A DNA stretch of 63,953 nt, filler included, from Olpidium bornovanus S191 (lineage: Eukaryota; Fungi; Olpidiomycota): NCBI GenBank assembly GCA_017911155.1. It is 28 parts of 28 records of this genome, joined end to end, with 100 filler letters (N's around TTAATTAATTAA, not from the genome) between each part and the next. Parts side by side here need not be neighbours in the genome. Positions count along the whole stretch, not along the records: positions 1 to 2,614 come from JAEFCI010011807.1; positions 2,715 to 3,765 come from JAEFCI010009145.1; positions 3,866 to 5,339 come from JAEFCI010010380.1; positions 5,440 to 8,541 come from JAEFCI010006781.1; positions 8,642 to 12,097 come from JAEFCI010012676.1; 23 more parts are not named here. One strand, given 5' to 3'. Position 1 is the first letter of the stretch. The number at the start of each line of letters is the position of its first letter. Below the pieces are notes generated by a model that saw only the letters and a program-made list of their open reading frames with translations, had not been told where the DNA came from and did no database searches. Below, piece after piece: positions 1 through 12,088 of the stretch. The translations under genes were made by a program, and so were the position numbers.

Positions 1-1187
1 CATGATCGGGCTGGAATAGGGGGGACCGACAAGCGTCAACTGAACAATGCCAGACCTGAACTCCGGGGTCTGCTCTCAACAGGTGCGGCGGAATCCCGAA
101 CGTGTCCAGAAATTTTCGAATCGAATTGATCTTTGCCCCTGTCTGGGTTACGAAGTCCAGCGAGCGCGTATGAGGATGCTCACAGGCGACGAGGTGTGTC
201 ACCTTGAGCACCGTCCGCGGTTCTGCCTCGATTGAACGTAGAGATTCGGACGAGCCACTCGGGGCGCCGGACGCGTTCACCGTTCGCATGACTTCGAACT
301 GCCATACCCAAAGGTCCACATCGATCCGGACATGCGGTGGCTGGGTCCGCAAAAACACGGGGTCGTCAGAAGTGCTCGGAATGGACGTCCCGAGACGCAA
401 AGAGAACTGCTCGCTCGTGAGAGTAGATTCGACCATGACGAGATCTCGAGGCCTTTTTCGAGAGGAAGTTTCAGGGAAGCTGCTTTTCCTTGGCACGACA
501 ACGCTGGTTAACGCCACAGCTTACTTTCTTCTCCAGCCGGCCTTCAAAATTGTCCTGGAAAGAAGAGCATTCGGGCCCAAGTTTTCCAAAACAGCGCATT
601 TTGATACGGTTCGGTCCCCTAGCACACCAGGAAAGGGTAGTCCGCTTGTTGAGGACCTTGTAAGACACGAGAGCGTGCGCCGACATTTGCGTCGTGCCAA
701 ATGAACTCACAAAGCCTGCGAACGCCGGTGCTTTCAACCGCTTAACGGACACGTGTGCGCGGTTACGTGTTAGTTGCAGGACGCTGCGCGCGTGCCACAC
801 GGGGGGTTTTTTTTTTCTGCTTAAAACCGCACCAGCTTTCCAGTCAACGAGACGGCCGTCGCAAGTTCCTTTCAGACTGGGAACGACGTCGACGGCGCTG
901 ACGGCCTTCACGACGTGCTTCCCGTTGACGACCGCGGCTGACACGCGTACGCCCTGCGCGCGTTGCTTTTCGGCCTTCCATTGCACGTCCGGCGCAGAGA
1001 TGCTCCGGTACAACTCTTGCGCGGTTGCCAGCGCAGCCGAATAGCGGTTCGCGGCGCTGCGAGGCGCGGGGAACACGCCATGCGCGGCGGCGGTGGGTGA
1101 GCAGACTTGCGCCGCCAACAGGCGACCGGGCAGGTTTTCTTCTCCCTCGCCCAAAGAGTTTATATACCTCTCCTGCGTGAACTCCAT
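1..1187 (-). CDS. START (lipid-binding) domain protein, spliced, 5' part (3'-partial)
   Basis: ATG at 1187 (MEFTQERY...). A downstream exon reads RPRDLVMVES...LGTSIPSTSDDPVFLRTQPPHVRIDVDLWVWQFE, which matches the START 'RDFV' and 'YVRA' strands. It is followed by FLDTFGIPPHLL, a G-x-PP linker I recall from fungal multi-START proteins. GT-AG boundaries are approximate. Confidence 0.6.
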
Positions 1188-2614
1188 CCGTGACCGCTGA
1201 CGCGCCGCGAGAGAAGCGCGGGAGAAGGAAGGAAGGAGGAGGACGCGGACCGGAACTCTCACAACGGAATTGAACGCGCGGGGCGAGAGAGAGAAGAGCG
1301 AGAGAGACCGGCCGGAGAGAAAGAGAGAGAGAGAGAGAGGGAGAGGTGACGGAGAGATGACAGGGAGAGAGATGAGAAAAGAGAGGCCGAGCGTCGTGTA
1401 GGCCGAGCACGTTCCTTCTGCCTTCCGCCGGTGCACCGCCGCGCTTCCGCCCCTTCGGCCCCCACCGTTCCTCCCCCCCCCTTTTCCCCGGCTTTCCGGT
1501 GACGCCACAACTTCGCAAAACTCACACCCAACGCCCGCGTCACAGCCCGTCGTCGTCAACGGTGTCAAAACGCCGCGCTGCGCAGCCCGCCTCCGGACCC
1601 CGGCGCCCCTCGGGAGTTCGTGCGCCGTTCGAGCGCTCTTCGGAACTATCGACGGCAAACCGACGGGGTGGACCCGGCAGACGTTCGGCCACGGGTTCGC
1701 CGGGACAGCAGCGGCAGCAGCGACGCGTCTCGGAAACGCCGTCAGCGCCGAGCGCTCGCGCGGTTCGCCGCGAGATGCGCGGCCGCCCCGTGGACGGCGT
1801 GTGCGTGAAACTGCCGCTGAGCAGCCCGTGTGAAGTTCTGTCCGCCGCTGCCACCGGACCGTGTCTGGAGCACTGACCGCGGAGAGTTTGGCGGGCCATG
1901 ACGCAGCTGCGTTCATCGTACGTGCACGGTGGTGATTCTGCAGGCCCGCCCACGTCTCGTGCTGGTTGGCACACGGTGTATGTTTGTGGGCGGAAGGCTC
2001 GTGCGACCAGGGCACCTGGCCTGACAGGTCGGCGTACCGTCAGAAAACCCAGTGACATATGGCAACTCTGCCGATGGCCATGCAGGGTGTGCAGCGTGTG
2101 TCGCCTGCCCAACCGTCGGGCCAGAGAACCGGTACGCTGATGATCTGGTAACAGTCCGCGGCCGGGGCACAGGCGGCGGCAAACAGGCGGCAGATGATGT
2201 GTGCCAGTCCGCAAAACACGGTCCTCGTGCCCACTCCCGTCCCGCAAGTGGACGACGCGCCTGAGGCAGTCAAAACCCGTACAAAGGCGCGTGTAGTGCG
2301 ATGCAGTAATTGCTGGCTGGCACAGCGCTGGGGACGACCGTGGACGCATCATCAGAATTCAAAACCGTTCTTCTCTCAAGAAGTGCACGCGTGGCCTGCT
2401 TAAGTTTTGACCCAGCGTTGCTACACGGGCGGCACTACGCCCGCTGCTGTTCTTGGCGTTTTTGCCGCAGCCCGCTCCGGGCTCGTCCGGGGAAAGGAGG
2501 CCGTCTTCTTTTTTTTTTCTTTTTTTTTTTTTTTTTTTTTTTTTGGGTTTGCGGGGTTGTTGTGGGGGGGGGGGGGGGGGGGGTCTTTTTTTTTTTTTTT
2601 TTCGCTTTGGGCCA

Positions 2615-2714
2615 NNNNNNNNNNNNNNNNNNNNNNNNNNNNNNNNNNNNNNNNNNNNTTAATTAATTAANNNNNNNNNNNNNNNNNNNNNNNNNNNNNN
2701 NNNNNNNNNNNNNN
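2615..2714. other. Artificial contig-joining spacer (N44-TTAATTAATTAA-N44); first of 27
   Basis: Identical 100-bp spacers start at 2615, 3766, 5340, 8542, 12098, 15737, 17950, 19607, 21702, 25479, 27613, 30045, 33029, 34825, 36234, 38593, 41171, 42509, 46777, 48675, 50266, 51869, 53120, 56108, 58668, 60927 and 62596. TTAATTAATTAA gives stops in all six frames. Confidence 0.98.
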
Positions 2715-2721
2715 CATGCCT

Positions 2722-3640
2722 TCAGGTTTGACCCGGCCGTGGCCGATTGTTCGGGGCTATTTGTCGCAAGAATGAAGAAGATTTGCGCGGCGGAGGTGGA
2801 ATAATAGAAGCGTTTGCTTCTGGTGGCCGACAAAGGCCGGGAAGTTTGCGGAACGGCTCGACGCTGTTGAAGTGACTGGCCACCTCGTTGGCAGACACCC
2901 TGAGGGTAAAGGTCAATTCTTCAGCGGCGTAACTGTTTCGGGTGGTGTTTTTTTTCCCCTTGCGTGCACGTGTGACGGAAAATGGTCCGCAAGAAAAAAA
3001 AATGCGGTCGCGGCTGGCCTGGAGAATTGCGCCAATCAATCTACTTTCGGTCTCCCGGCGGCGCATTGATTATTTCTGCCCAAGGATGAGAGCGGAGGTT
3101 CCTTGCAGGGCGGACCGGAACGCCGGTTACAACAACCGAGCACACCAGAAGCACGAGTAAATTCCGCACGTATAGAAAAAAAAAAAAAAAAAAAAAAAAA
3201 CAAAAAGCCGACTTCGCGGCGGACCCGAACCTCTAAAGTGTGCGGTTGACGGGTGGTTACGGTCACGTGGGGTGAGGGTTACGGTCACGTGGCGTGGCGC
3301 TGCAAGCGAAAACCGAAAAGAACTCCTGGAGACCCTAACCTAACAGTTCAGGAATAAAAAATGTCGTATGTCCAGAGTTGAGGCGGAAATAAGCGCATAA
3401 AACGGTAAATTTATCCTGCAAATATTGTTGGAGAAAGACTCAAACCGCCGGCCCTTGAACCTTGTCTTGCTCTGCGTAACCAACCCACAGTGGAATCCGT
3501 AAACGAGCTAAACCAAACGAACTGAAGTTTTGAAAAGTACCATGGTGCCACCACTGGAGCCGTGTTTTTGAGCAATGTGGGGAGTGCGTCCGACAACTCA
3601 CCATGCTGATAGAAAAGAGCTGCTGCACCTGGACAAAAGG
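2722..3640 (-). CDS. Probable 3' exons of an unidentified gene
   Basis: Open, protein-like segments (WWHHGTFQNFSSFGLARLRIPLWVGYAEQ; YAAEELTFTLRVSANEVASHFNSVEPFRKLP...stop) are flanked by GTGAGT/CAG-type sites. No family recognised. Confidence 0.3.
3255..3292 (+). promoter_or_regulatory. Duplicated 16-bp GGTTACGGTCACGTGG containing the GTCACGTG E-box (Cbf1/CDEI-type)
   Basis: Exact copies at 3255-3270 and 3277-3292. Confidence 0.4.
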
Positions 3641-3865
3641 GAAAGCTACAACGTGCCGCTTCCAGTGCGAGCGAGCGTTCCGATGTCGCCGAAGGGTGGG
3701 GGTAACAACGGAGAGGCCGTCGAAGACGCGCGGAGGAAGGGAGGGAAGAGGGGGCGGAGGCAGGGNNNNNNNNNNNNNNNNNNNNNNNNNNNNNNNNNNN
3801 NNNNNNNNNTTAATTAATTAANNNNNNNNNNNNNNNNNNNNNNNNNNNNNNNNNNNNNNNNNNNN

Positions 3866-5339
3866 CATGGGCGCGCCACCGGATGTGTCAGGCCTCGAGG
3901 ATCCGCCGCCGCAAATTCTGCTTGATCCAAGTGCGCCTGTCACAAGGTCGCCGACGGCAATTTGCGACTCGTTCTACAAAAGGTGCACCTTGAACGCCGT
4001 ACCCCAGACGCCGGGCTTGTTGTCCAAGAGTCGGCTTCCCTTTGGGTTGATCCTGACGCCGTTCAGGAGTCTGAGAGAAAACGAGGTGGGCATTACCAGA
4101 CTCTGCCTCTGTCTTTGCGTGCGGTCAGTTTGCATGTGCCAAGCGTGAACTCAACTCTTCCAACGTCAGGAACCTTTGCCGACCGTGTCGGATAACACGA
4201 TCGTGCGCTGCCGCAGCTGCCGCACGTACATCAATCCATTTGTGCAGTTTCTCGAGGGAGGGAACAGCTGGAAGTGCAATATTTGCTATCTCGTGAACGA
4301 TGTGCCCAGTTCGTTTGACTTCGACCAGACCACCGGACAGCCCGTCAATAGATGGGAGAGGGTAGAGCTCAACCATGCAGTCTTCGAATACATCGCGCCG
4401 TCGGAATACATGGTACGGATAATTGCAATGCGGACTTGTTGTGCAGTCCTCAAGGTTTTTGACAGTTCTCCGCTTGGCAAATTTTCGGTGGCCCACAATA
4501 GGTTCGGCCCCCGCAGGCCCTGGCGTATGTGTTTGTGATCGACGTGTCATACGCGGCTGTCCAATCTGGCATGGTGGCCACTGCGGCAAAAACTATTTTG
4601 GATACCTTGGATCGGATTCCCAACGAGGACCGCAGGACCAAGATCGGATTCATTACTGTCGACAGCGCTGTTCACTTCTACAGCATTGGAGTACGGTTCT
4701 GGCCGTAAACTGTTTTCCGCCACCCATGATACCAGCTCATGATGGCTGACGCGCAAACCCCTTCTCCTCGGCGGGCACGTGCAGGCAGGGCGGTCGAGTC
4801 CCCAGATGTTGGTCGTTTCAGACTTGGAAGAAGTATACCTACCGCAACCGGAAGATCTCTTGTGTAATCTCGCGGAGTCACGGACGGTCGTTGATACGCT
4901 GCTTGAGCAGATGGGGGTGATGTTCAAAGACACGCAGAACGATGGCAACGCCCTCGGCCCGGCGCTCCAGGCTGCGTTCAAACTCCTCGTGCGTTGGTGA
5001 AATGTTGCTCCAGCGACGGCGGGCGGCGAGATTCTCTGAAGATAACTTCTCGCAATGTAACTCGGCAGGCCTCCGTCGGAGGGAAGATAATCGTCCTGCA
5101 GTCAACTCTTCCCAATTTTGGCGTCGGAGCTCTTACTCCCCGCGGGGATGCGAGAACGAAAGGCAGCGCAAAGGTTGGTTATTTGAAGAGTTCGGATAGC
5201 AAATAAATCTTATTTTTGGCGTTGGTCGCCTTACAGCGCGCGGCGCGCATTGCAGGAAGCCTTCTTCCTTCAGCCTGCCATCCCGTTCTACAAAAGCTTT
5301 GCCGTAGATTGCTCCCGTGCGCAGGTGACCGTGGACATG
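3866..5339 (+). CDS. SEC24: COPII coat subunit Sec24, internal fragment, 6 exons
   Basis: Exons about 3866-4085, 4170-4412, 4502-4690, 4785-4988, 5069-5172, 5257-5339. Motifs: [16 protein letters not shown], zinc finger [65 protein letters not shown]. Confidence 0.95.
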
Positions 5340-5455
5340 NNNNNNNNNNNNNNNNNNNNNNNNNNNNNNNNNNNNNNNNNNNNTTAATTAATTAANNNNN
5401 NNNNNNNNNNNNNNNNNNNNNNNNNNNNNNNNNNNNNNNCCCCCCCCCCCCCCCG

Positions 5456-5486
<31 letters not shown>

Positions 5487-5573
5487 CCCTCCCTCCCCCC
5501 TCCGCGCGCCCTTTCCTTCTTTCCCTTCCCTTCCGGGCCGCCCTTCCCTTCCCTTCTTCTGCTTCTTCTTCTT

Positions 5574-5630
<57 letters not shown>

Positions 5631-5974
5631 TCTCCCTCTCTCGCTCTCTCTCGCTCTCTCCCTCTGTTTCTCGCCCCGCTCCCCCTTCACCGCCCCAAAA
5701 TCGTCCACCCCCGACGACCCCTTTTTTCACACCCTCTCCCTGCCGTCGCCGTCTTTTTCTCGCCTGCTGGCTGCCTCCCCGCCTCGCCACCGCCCCCGCC
5801 CGGCGCGCGCGCGCGCTGCTGCGTTCCGCCGCACGGGGGGGGCCCACCCCGCCGAATATACACCACACGCAGAAACTCCAAAACTGCCGGAAACCAGAGA
5901 GAACCCGAGAAAACTCTCGTGCCCCGTGGCCCAGCCTTCTCCGCTCTCCGCTCTGAAGCGCATAAAGTAGTAAC

Positions 5975-8479
5975 ATGTCGCTACCTCCTCCTTCCCCGCC
6001 TCCCTCCTCCTCGCCGTCCTCGCCGCCCTCGTCGTCCTCGCCGTCCGCGTGCACTCTTCCGGTCAAGGGCATGACCTGCCACTCGTGCGTCGCCGCGGTC
6101 TCGCACGCTCTGTCCGCCGTCCCCGGGGTGAGCAGCGTCGACGTGCGCCTGGACTCCGGGACCGCCCGTGTGCTGTACGACCCTTCGGCCGCGCGGGCCG
6201 ACCGGCTCGTGGAAGCGGTCCTCGACTGCGGCTTTGACTGCGCGCTCCCCGGGTCGCCGTCGTCGCCTCCGCCGCCGCCGGGCGGGGGGTCGCCCGGCCT
6301 CGCGGCCGCGCTCCTGCAGGTCAGAGGCATGACCTGCCACTCGTGCGTGCAGTCAGTCGCCGGCGCCTTGGAGGCCCTGCAAGGAGTCCGCGCTGTTGAC
6401 GTCCGGCTCGAGGCGGGGACGGCTCAGGTGGAGTACGACCCTGCTGCCGTCAGGGAACGGCAGCTCGTGGACGCCGTGTCGAGCTGCGGCTTCGACTGCC
6501 AGGCAGAGCCGCCGCCCCGGCAGCGTCTGCCCGGACCGGCAACGGCGGCGGCGGCGGCTGCGGCGGCGGCGGCGGCGGCGCCCGCTGAAGAGGGGAGCTT
6601 TGTGGGCGCGCGGCGTCTCCAGCACCAGCCGCCCCCCGCCCCGACCCGCGTGACCCTCCCGGTCAAGGGCATGACGCGCGGCTCGTGCGTGCAGCCCGTA
6701 ACCGGAGCCTTGGCTGCGCTCGACGGCGTGCGGGACGTCTCTGCGTCGCTGGAGACCGAACGCGCCTCGGCGGCGTACGACCCCGATGCCCTCGCCGCCG
6801 CCGTCGAGGACTGCGGGTTCGGCTCCCCCCGTTTCGCACCGTCGTCTTCGCCCGTGGTCGTTCTGCCGGTGAAGGGCATGACTTGCCACTCCTGCGTCTC
6901 GGCCGTGACCGCCGCCCTCGCGGCGGTCGACGGCGTCGCGGAAGTTCATGTCGACCTTGCTTCCGAGCAGGCCACAGTTACGCTGGCGTCGCCCGGCTCC
7001 GTTGCCCGCCAGGTTCTGGTCGACGCCGTCGAGGACTGCGGCTTCGAGTGCCCTGCGAACGTCGACCTTCAGTCATCCGGCGCAGGCGGCAGGAAGCAGC
7101 TGGATTTTCTGGCCGTCCCTGAAATATCCCCGCATCCGGAGCCGACCTCGGCTTTTCTTGCGTCGCTGCCCGTTACGCCCGTCGAGGAAACCTCGCAGAC
7201 GCAGGTGCCGTCTTGCACGTCGTCGCCGGTACCCATGTTGCCGGTGAAGTCTAAAACGAGCAAAACGTGTCAGTACGAAGTGCACGGCATGTCTTGCGCC
7301 TCCTGCGTTGCGTAAGTTTACGCGGGGATGCGGGGTTGTTGCTGTCGTCAGTTCTTGTTGTTTTGTGTTTTTCTGTCCGTCACTGTTTCCTTCCAGATTT
7401 TCTGGGAATTTTGCGGCTTTTGGATTGAAAGAAACTGCGTGCGCTCACAGGAACATCGAACGGAAAATCTCTGCCATGCGCGGGGTTGATTCTATCGTGG
7501 TTTCCCTCCTCGCCGAACGCGCGGACGTCCACTACCAGCCGAGCCTGGTCAGCCAAACGGAAATTGCCGACGCCATAGACAGCCTGGGCTTCAGCGCAAC
7601 CGCCCTCAAATCGGCGAAGGAAGGCGTGATCACGTTGGAAGTCTACGGCCTGACAGATCTGGGCATGGCGAGGTACGCTTGCGCATTTCTCCTTCCCTTC
7701 CACCTGGAAAACCGTACCGATAATCATTCAAACGGTACAGCGCGCTGGAGCAGCATGTATCCGAGCTGGACGGCGTATTCTCGGTGACCGTCGACTTCCA
7801 GACAGGCGCCGCCAGGATTACGCTGGACAAGACGAAAAAAACCGGCGTCCGAGACCTGGTTGATCGGATCCAGACCATGGGCGTGACGGCGATGGTCCCG
7901 GACACGTCGCAGACGGCTCAGCTCCAGTCGCTACAGCGGACGCGCGAGGTGCAGCAGTGGAGGCGCGCTTTCTATCGGTGCTTGGTTTTCGCCGTCCCGG
8001 TGTTTTTCATCGGGATGGTCCTCCCCATGCTCGGAGGCGAGTGCCTGCACGAGCTGCAGCGGGCCCAGATCGTGCCGGGACTGTACTGGACGGACTTCAT
8101 CTCGGCCGTCCTCACCATTCCCGTCCAGCTCGGCGTCGGGGCCACGTTTTACCGCTCCTCCTGGGCGTCGCTGTCGCACGGTACGGCGACCATGGACGTG
8201 CTCGTCGTGCTCGGGACCAGCGCGGCGTTCGGATTCTCGGTGCTCGCGTGCCTCCTGCAGGTCATCGTCTGCGCGGTCTTCGGCGCGCGGATGATCGAAC
8301 CCGCGGAGGCCATGCGGATGATGGGCGAGATGTCCCGCGCAAACGGCGGTCGCTCCTTGGAGGCGAACGGCGCGGGAGAGGTGTACCAGATCAGGCACAT
8401 GACCTTCTTCGACACGAGTGCCATGTTAATCACCTTCATCACCCTCGGGAGATATCTCGAAAATATAGCAAAAGGGCAG
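5975..8479 (+). CDS. CCC2: Copper-transporting P1B-type ATPase (Ccc2/ATP7-like), 5' part
   Basis: ATG 5975; exons 5975-7311, 7451-7672, 7741-8479 with GT-AG introns. HMA motifs GMTCHSC x3 and GMSCASC plus two degenerate HMA units; TM region with ATMDVLVVLGTSAAF and FFDTSAMLITFITLGRYLENIAKG. Confidence 0.95.
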
Positions 8480-9254
8480 GTGAGGAAAAAAAAAGCGTCT
8501 TGGTTCAACGTCGGCCGCACAGAGCCGGCTAAATGGCGCACNNNNNNNNNNNNNNNNNNNNNNNNNNNNNNNNNNNNNNNNNNNNTTAATTAATTAANNN
8601 NNNNNNNNNNNNNNNNNNNNNNNNNNNNNNNNNNNNNNNNNCATGTTTCGGGAGATTGGTATCGGACTCAATGGGCCAAAAGCGCGATTTGCGGGTGAGC
8701 CGGGCGACGTAACTCTGTCGCACGGGGGGATGGGGGATGATGGGAAAGGCGGAGGGTCCACGAAGGAATTCGTTGCAAATGACGCGGAATTTGCGAAAAG
8801 GGGGGGTTTTTTTGTCCCTCTCCGACTGCCACGGAAAATGGCGGTTTCGCAGGTCAACGGAAAACATCATCCGGTGGTAGGGCCGGGCTGCTGGGCTGCG
8901 GCCAGAGTGCTGGGCGCAGTCAAATTTCCCGAATCCCGGTTGCCATCGAGAGAGGAGGCATGCCACAGCAGGTACAAGGGCGAACAGGCTTTTTTTTTTT
9001 TTTTTTTTTTTTTGGTCGGCGCTCACGCGAGCCGAACGTCCCGAGGGACACGAAGCGCACCCAGCTGGGCAAGCGGACGGGGCCGGAAAAGGTTTGTCCC
9101 ACTGAACGGCGACGCTCACCGCGGTCACCACAGGCGTTTCTGTTCTGGGGGGTTTTTTTTTCTTAGAGAAACGATCTCCGTGCCGAAACTGCGAAGAAAA
9201 TCTTAGTCGTCGTTCGACCGACTGACTGAGAGAAGAAAAAGACAGAGCAAGAAA

Positions 9255-9291
<37 letters not shown>

Positions 9292-9660
9292 CGAGCGAGC
9301 GACAACGAGAGAGAGCGAGAAAGAGAACCCCCAGTCCTTTGCCGTCTCTCGCACCCGTCCCTTCGTCCGTCCTCCCGCGCGGGCGTTTTTCTTCTTTTCT
9401 TTTACAGTAATTTTTTTTTTTTTTTGTTTTTTTTTTTTTCACAGCGGGGTGCCAGGAGGGGGAGAACGCCGGGACCTCCGCGCGCGGACTCCCGGACCGG
9501 CAACCCCCGCACCTCGCCGGACCTCCCCGCCCCTTCGCCCAATTCCCCCCCGCCCGCCCTTTCCGGCGGCGGCGCCGGGGCCCTCGGTTCCGCCGCCCTC
9601 GGTCCCGCCGCCTTCCCCCAAGCGAAAGCGAGATCGGAGCGGAAGCGCCTTCTCAGCCAC

Positions 9661-10827
9661 ATGGCCGCCGCCGCCGCCGCCGCCGCCGCCGCCCAGTGGC
9701 CGCAGCTGGTCCGCCGCCACTGCGGCACGACCGACCGCTTCATGCAGGCGGACCTTGCACGCGTGCGCCAGCTTTATGCCCACTGGCAGCGCGTGCTGCC
9801 CGGCGTGACCCCGTACTACGCCGTCAAGTGCAACTCGGACCCGCGTCTGCTACGCACCCTCGCCGACGCCGGAGCCGGCTTTGACTGCGCATCCGCCAAC
9901 GAGCTCGGCCTCGTGGCCGACATGGGCGTCGCCGCCTCGCGCCTGCTGCACGCCCACCCGTGCAAGCCGCCCGGCCACATCGCCCACGCCGCCGCCGCCG
10001 GCGTCGATCTGACGACCTTCGACTCGGCGGACGAGCTGCACAAGCTGCGCCGGCACCACCCGCGCACCGAGGTCCTGCTGCGCATCCGCTGCGACGACGG
10101 CACCGCGCGTTGCAAGCTGGGCGGCAAGTACGGCGCGGAGGAGTCCGAGGTCGCGGACCTGCTGGCCGCCGCCCGCGCCGCCGGCATCAACGTGCGCGGC
10201 GTCGCCTTCCACGTGGGCAGCGCCGCCGGCGACCCGCAGGCTTACGCCCGCGCGGTGCGCGCGAGCGCCGCCGTGTGCCGCGCGGCGCGGGCGCTGGGCC
10301 ACGACGCGGACACGCTGGACGTCGGCGGCGGTTTCACGAGCCGCAGCCTGGACAGCATCGCCGACGTCGTGCGGCCGCTGCTGCGCGACCTGTGGGGTGG
10401 CAAGCGGGTGATCGCCGAGCCCGGCCGCTATTTCGCCGAGACCCCCTTCACCCTGTTCTGCCAAGTGCACGGCAAGCGCGTGCGGGGGGGCCGGCGCAAG
10501 TACTGGATAAGCGACGGCCTCTACGGCCTGTTCAACTGCGTGCTGTACGACAAGGCCCGGCCCGTGGCGAGCCCCTTGAGGCTGACGCGGGACGGTGCGG
10601 GACGCCCGGCCGACGGCAACGACGGCGACGATGACCCGCAGTTCGCCAGCACGATCTTTGGGCCCACGTGCGACGGCTTGGACGTGGTGATCGAAGATTG
10701 CAGCCTACCAGAACTCAGCGTAGGGGACTGGGTGGTGTTCCCGGACATGGGCGCGTACACGCTGCCCGGCGCGTCCGACTTTAACGGCTTCGAGGCCACG
10801 AAGACGCCCGTCGTTTACACCGGGTAG
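9661..10827 (+). CDS. PLP-dependent group IV decarboxylase (ornithine decarboxylase family), complete, intronless, 388 aa
   Basis: YYAVKCN (PLP Lys), FDCAS, FHVGS, DVGGGF, AEPGRYF, DGLYGLFNC, GPTCDGLD, GAYT and FNGF are all present. ATG 9661, TAG 10825-10827. Confidence 0.95.
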   Translation: MAAAAAAAAAAQWPQLVRRHCGTTDRFMQADLARVRQLYAHWQRVLPGVTPYYAVKCNSDPRLLRTLADAGAGFDCASANELGLVADMGVAASRLLHAHPCKPPGHIAHAAAAGVDLTTFDSADELHKLRRHHPRTEVLLRIRCDDGTARCKLGGKYGAEESEVADLLAAARAAGINVRGVAFHVGSAAGDPQAYARAVRASAAVCRAARALGHDADTLDVGGGFTSRSLDSIADVVRPLLRDLWGGKRVIAEPGRYFAETPFTLFCQVHGKRVRGGRRKYWISDGLYGLFNCVLYDKARPVASPLRLTRDGAGRPADGNDGDDDPQFASTIFGPTCDGLDVVIEDCSLPELSVGDWVVFPDMGAYTLPGASDFNGFEATKTPVVYTG

Positions 10828-12049
10828 GGCGACCCGCCCCGCATCCCATGTACTGTTCAGCCTAGCCGAGGGTGATGCCATGGGCGCCGCAACACGATCC
10901 GCCTGACCCATGGTGCTTGGCACGTGCGTCGGGGGAAGGGAAGCCAAGGGCCGAGGGCCAAGTGTGCCGCGGATTAGAGAAGTCGGCTGGGGGGATGGGG
11001 AAGGGAAGTGGGGTGGGACATCCCTTCGGAATACCAGGTTATTGTCCATAGAATCTAGTATACTAGAGGCACCTACATTTCGCGTTGATGTTATTGTACG
11101 GCTCCTGCGGCCTAGAACCAAACATTCCGGGACGTTTTGGATCCTAAACCAAAAGGCGAAACCACAATAGGTCCGCAGCGCAGAGAAAGATAACGCGTTT
11201 GGGAAACCCGGTGTCCGCAAAGTCAGACAGCACGCGGTGTGACAACGCCCTTGTCGTACACGCGCACACTCCACTCGGGCGAGGGGGCCGACGATGGTCC
11301 GATCGAATTCTCTGCCAAAACAATACGCTTCTCGCAGTGTCCGCTGCCGCAACAATGCCCGCTTGCGGCCCCGCCGGCGCGGGCGCCGCCGGGGCAGCTG
11401 GGTTCCCTAGCGGCGGCCAGCGCCTAGAGGACGCAAAAGGGCGGACTGGCGGAGATGGTCACCGCGTTAGGCAACTCGGACGCGTTCTTTGCCGAAGACT
11501 CTAGGTCGTTTGAAGTGTAAATGTCCGCTCGATCGCGCCTTCAGGCCGCTTTTTTTTTATCACCATTCATCTCCCTGCCGGATCACTACGCTTCGACACC
11601 CTCGCGACCGAATAAGGGCACGTCTATCCGGGCGAGGAGAGTATCCACAGGTCGGCGGCAGCGAGACTTCTCTTGTTCATCACTTGACCCACGAGACCTC
11701 CGAATTTCGCCCGAGATGGAGTTTGGAATTGTTATTGAGCGTAACGCAAATGGCACTCCAAGACAGAGAAAGCTGCTGCGCCGGCACACGCATCCGTGAA
11801 TGCCCGACGGCACAGCGCTGGCGAAATAGGAGACATTTTTCCCCTTCCCCCGTTCGGGCGCCCCGCGGAAACCACATCCTCACGTTCCGGGCATACAAAC
11901 GAGGGCATTTTCTGTTCTTGGCAGAGAAGTGGCCCGCGAATCCCGTGTGGACGTGGAAATCCCGCAAATCCGGAATTCCGCGAGTCTGCGAACCTTGAAA
12001 AATTTTGCACCCGTCACAACCCCTGCTGCCCGGCGACTTGTCGACAACA

Positions 12050-12088
<39 letters not shown>

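Noticed and set aside
3325-3345. CCCTAACCTAA telomere-like units
   Set aside because: Only about 2 degenerate units, internal to the contig.
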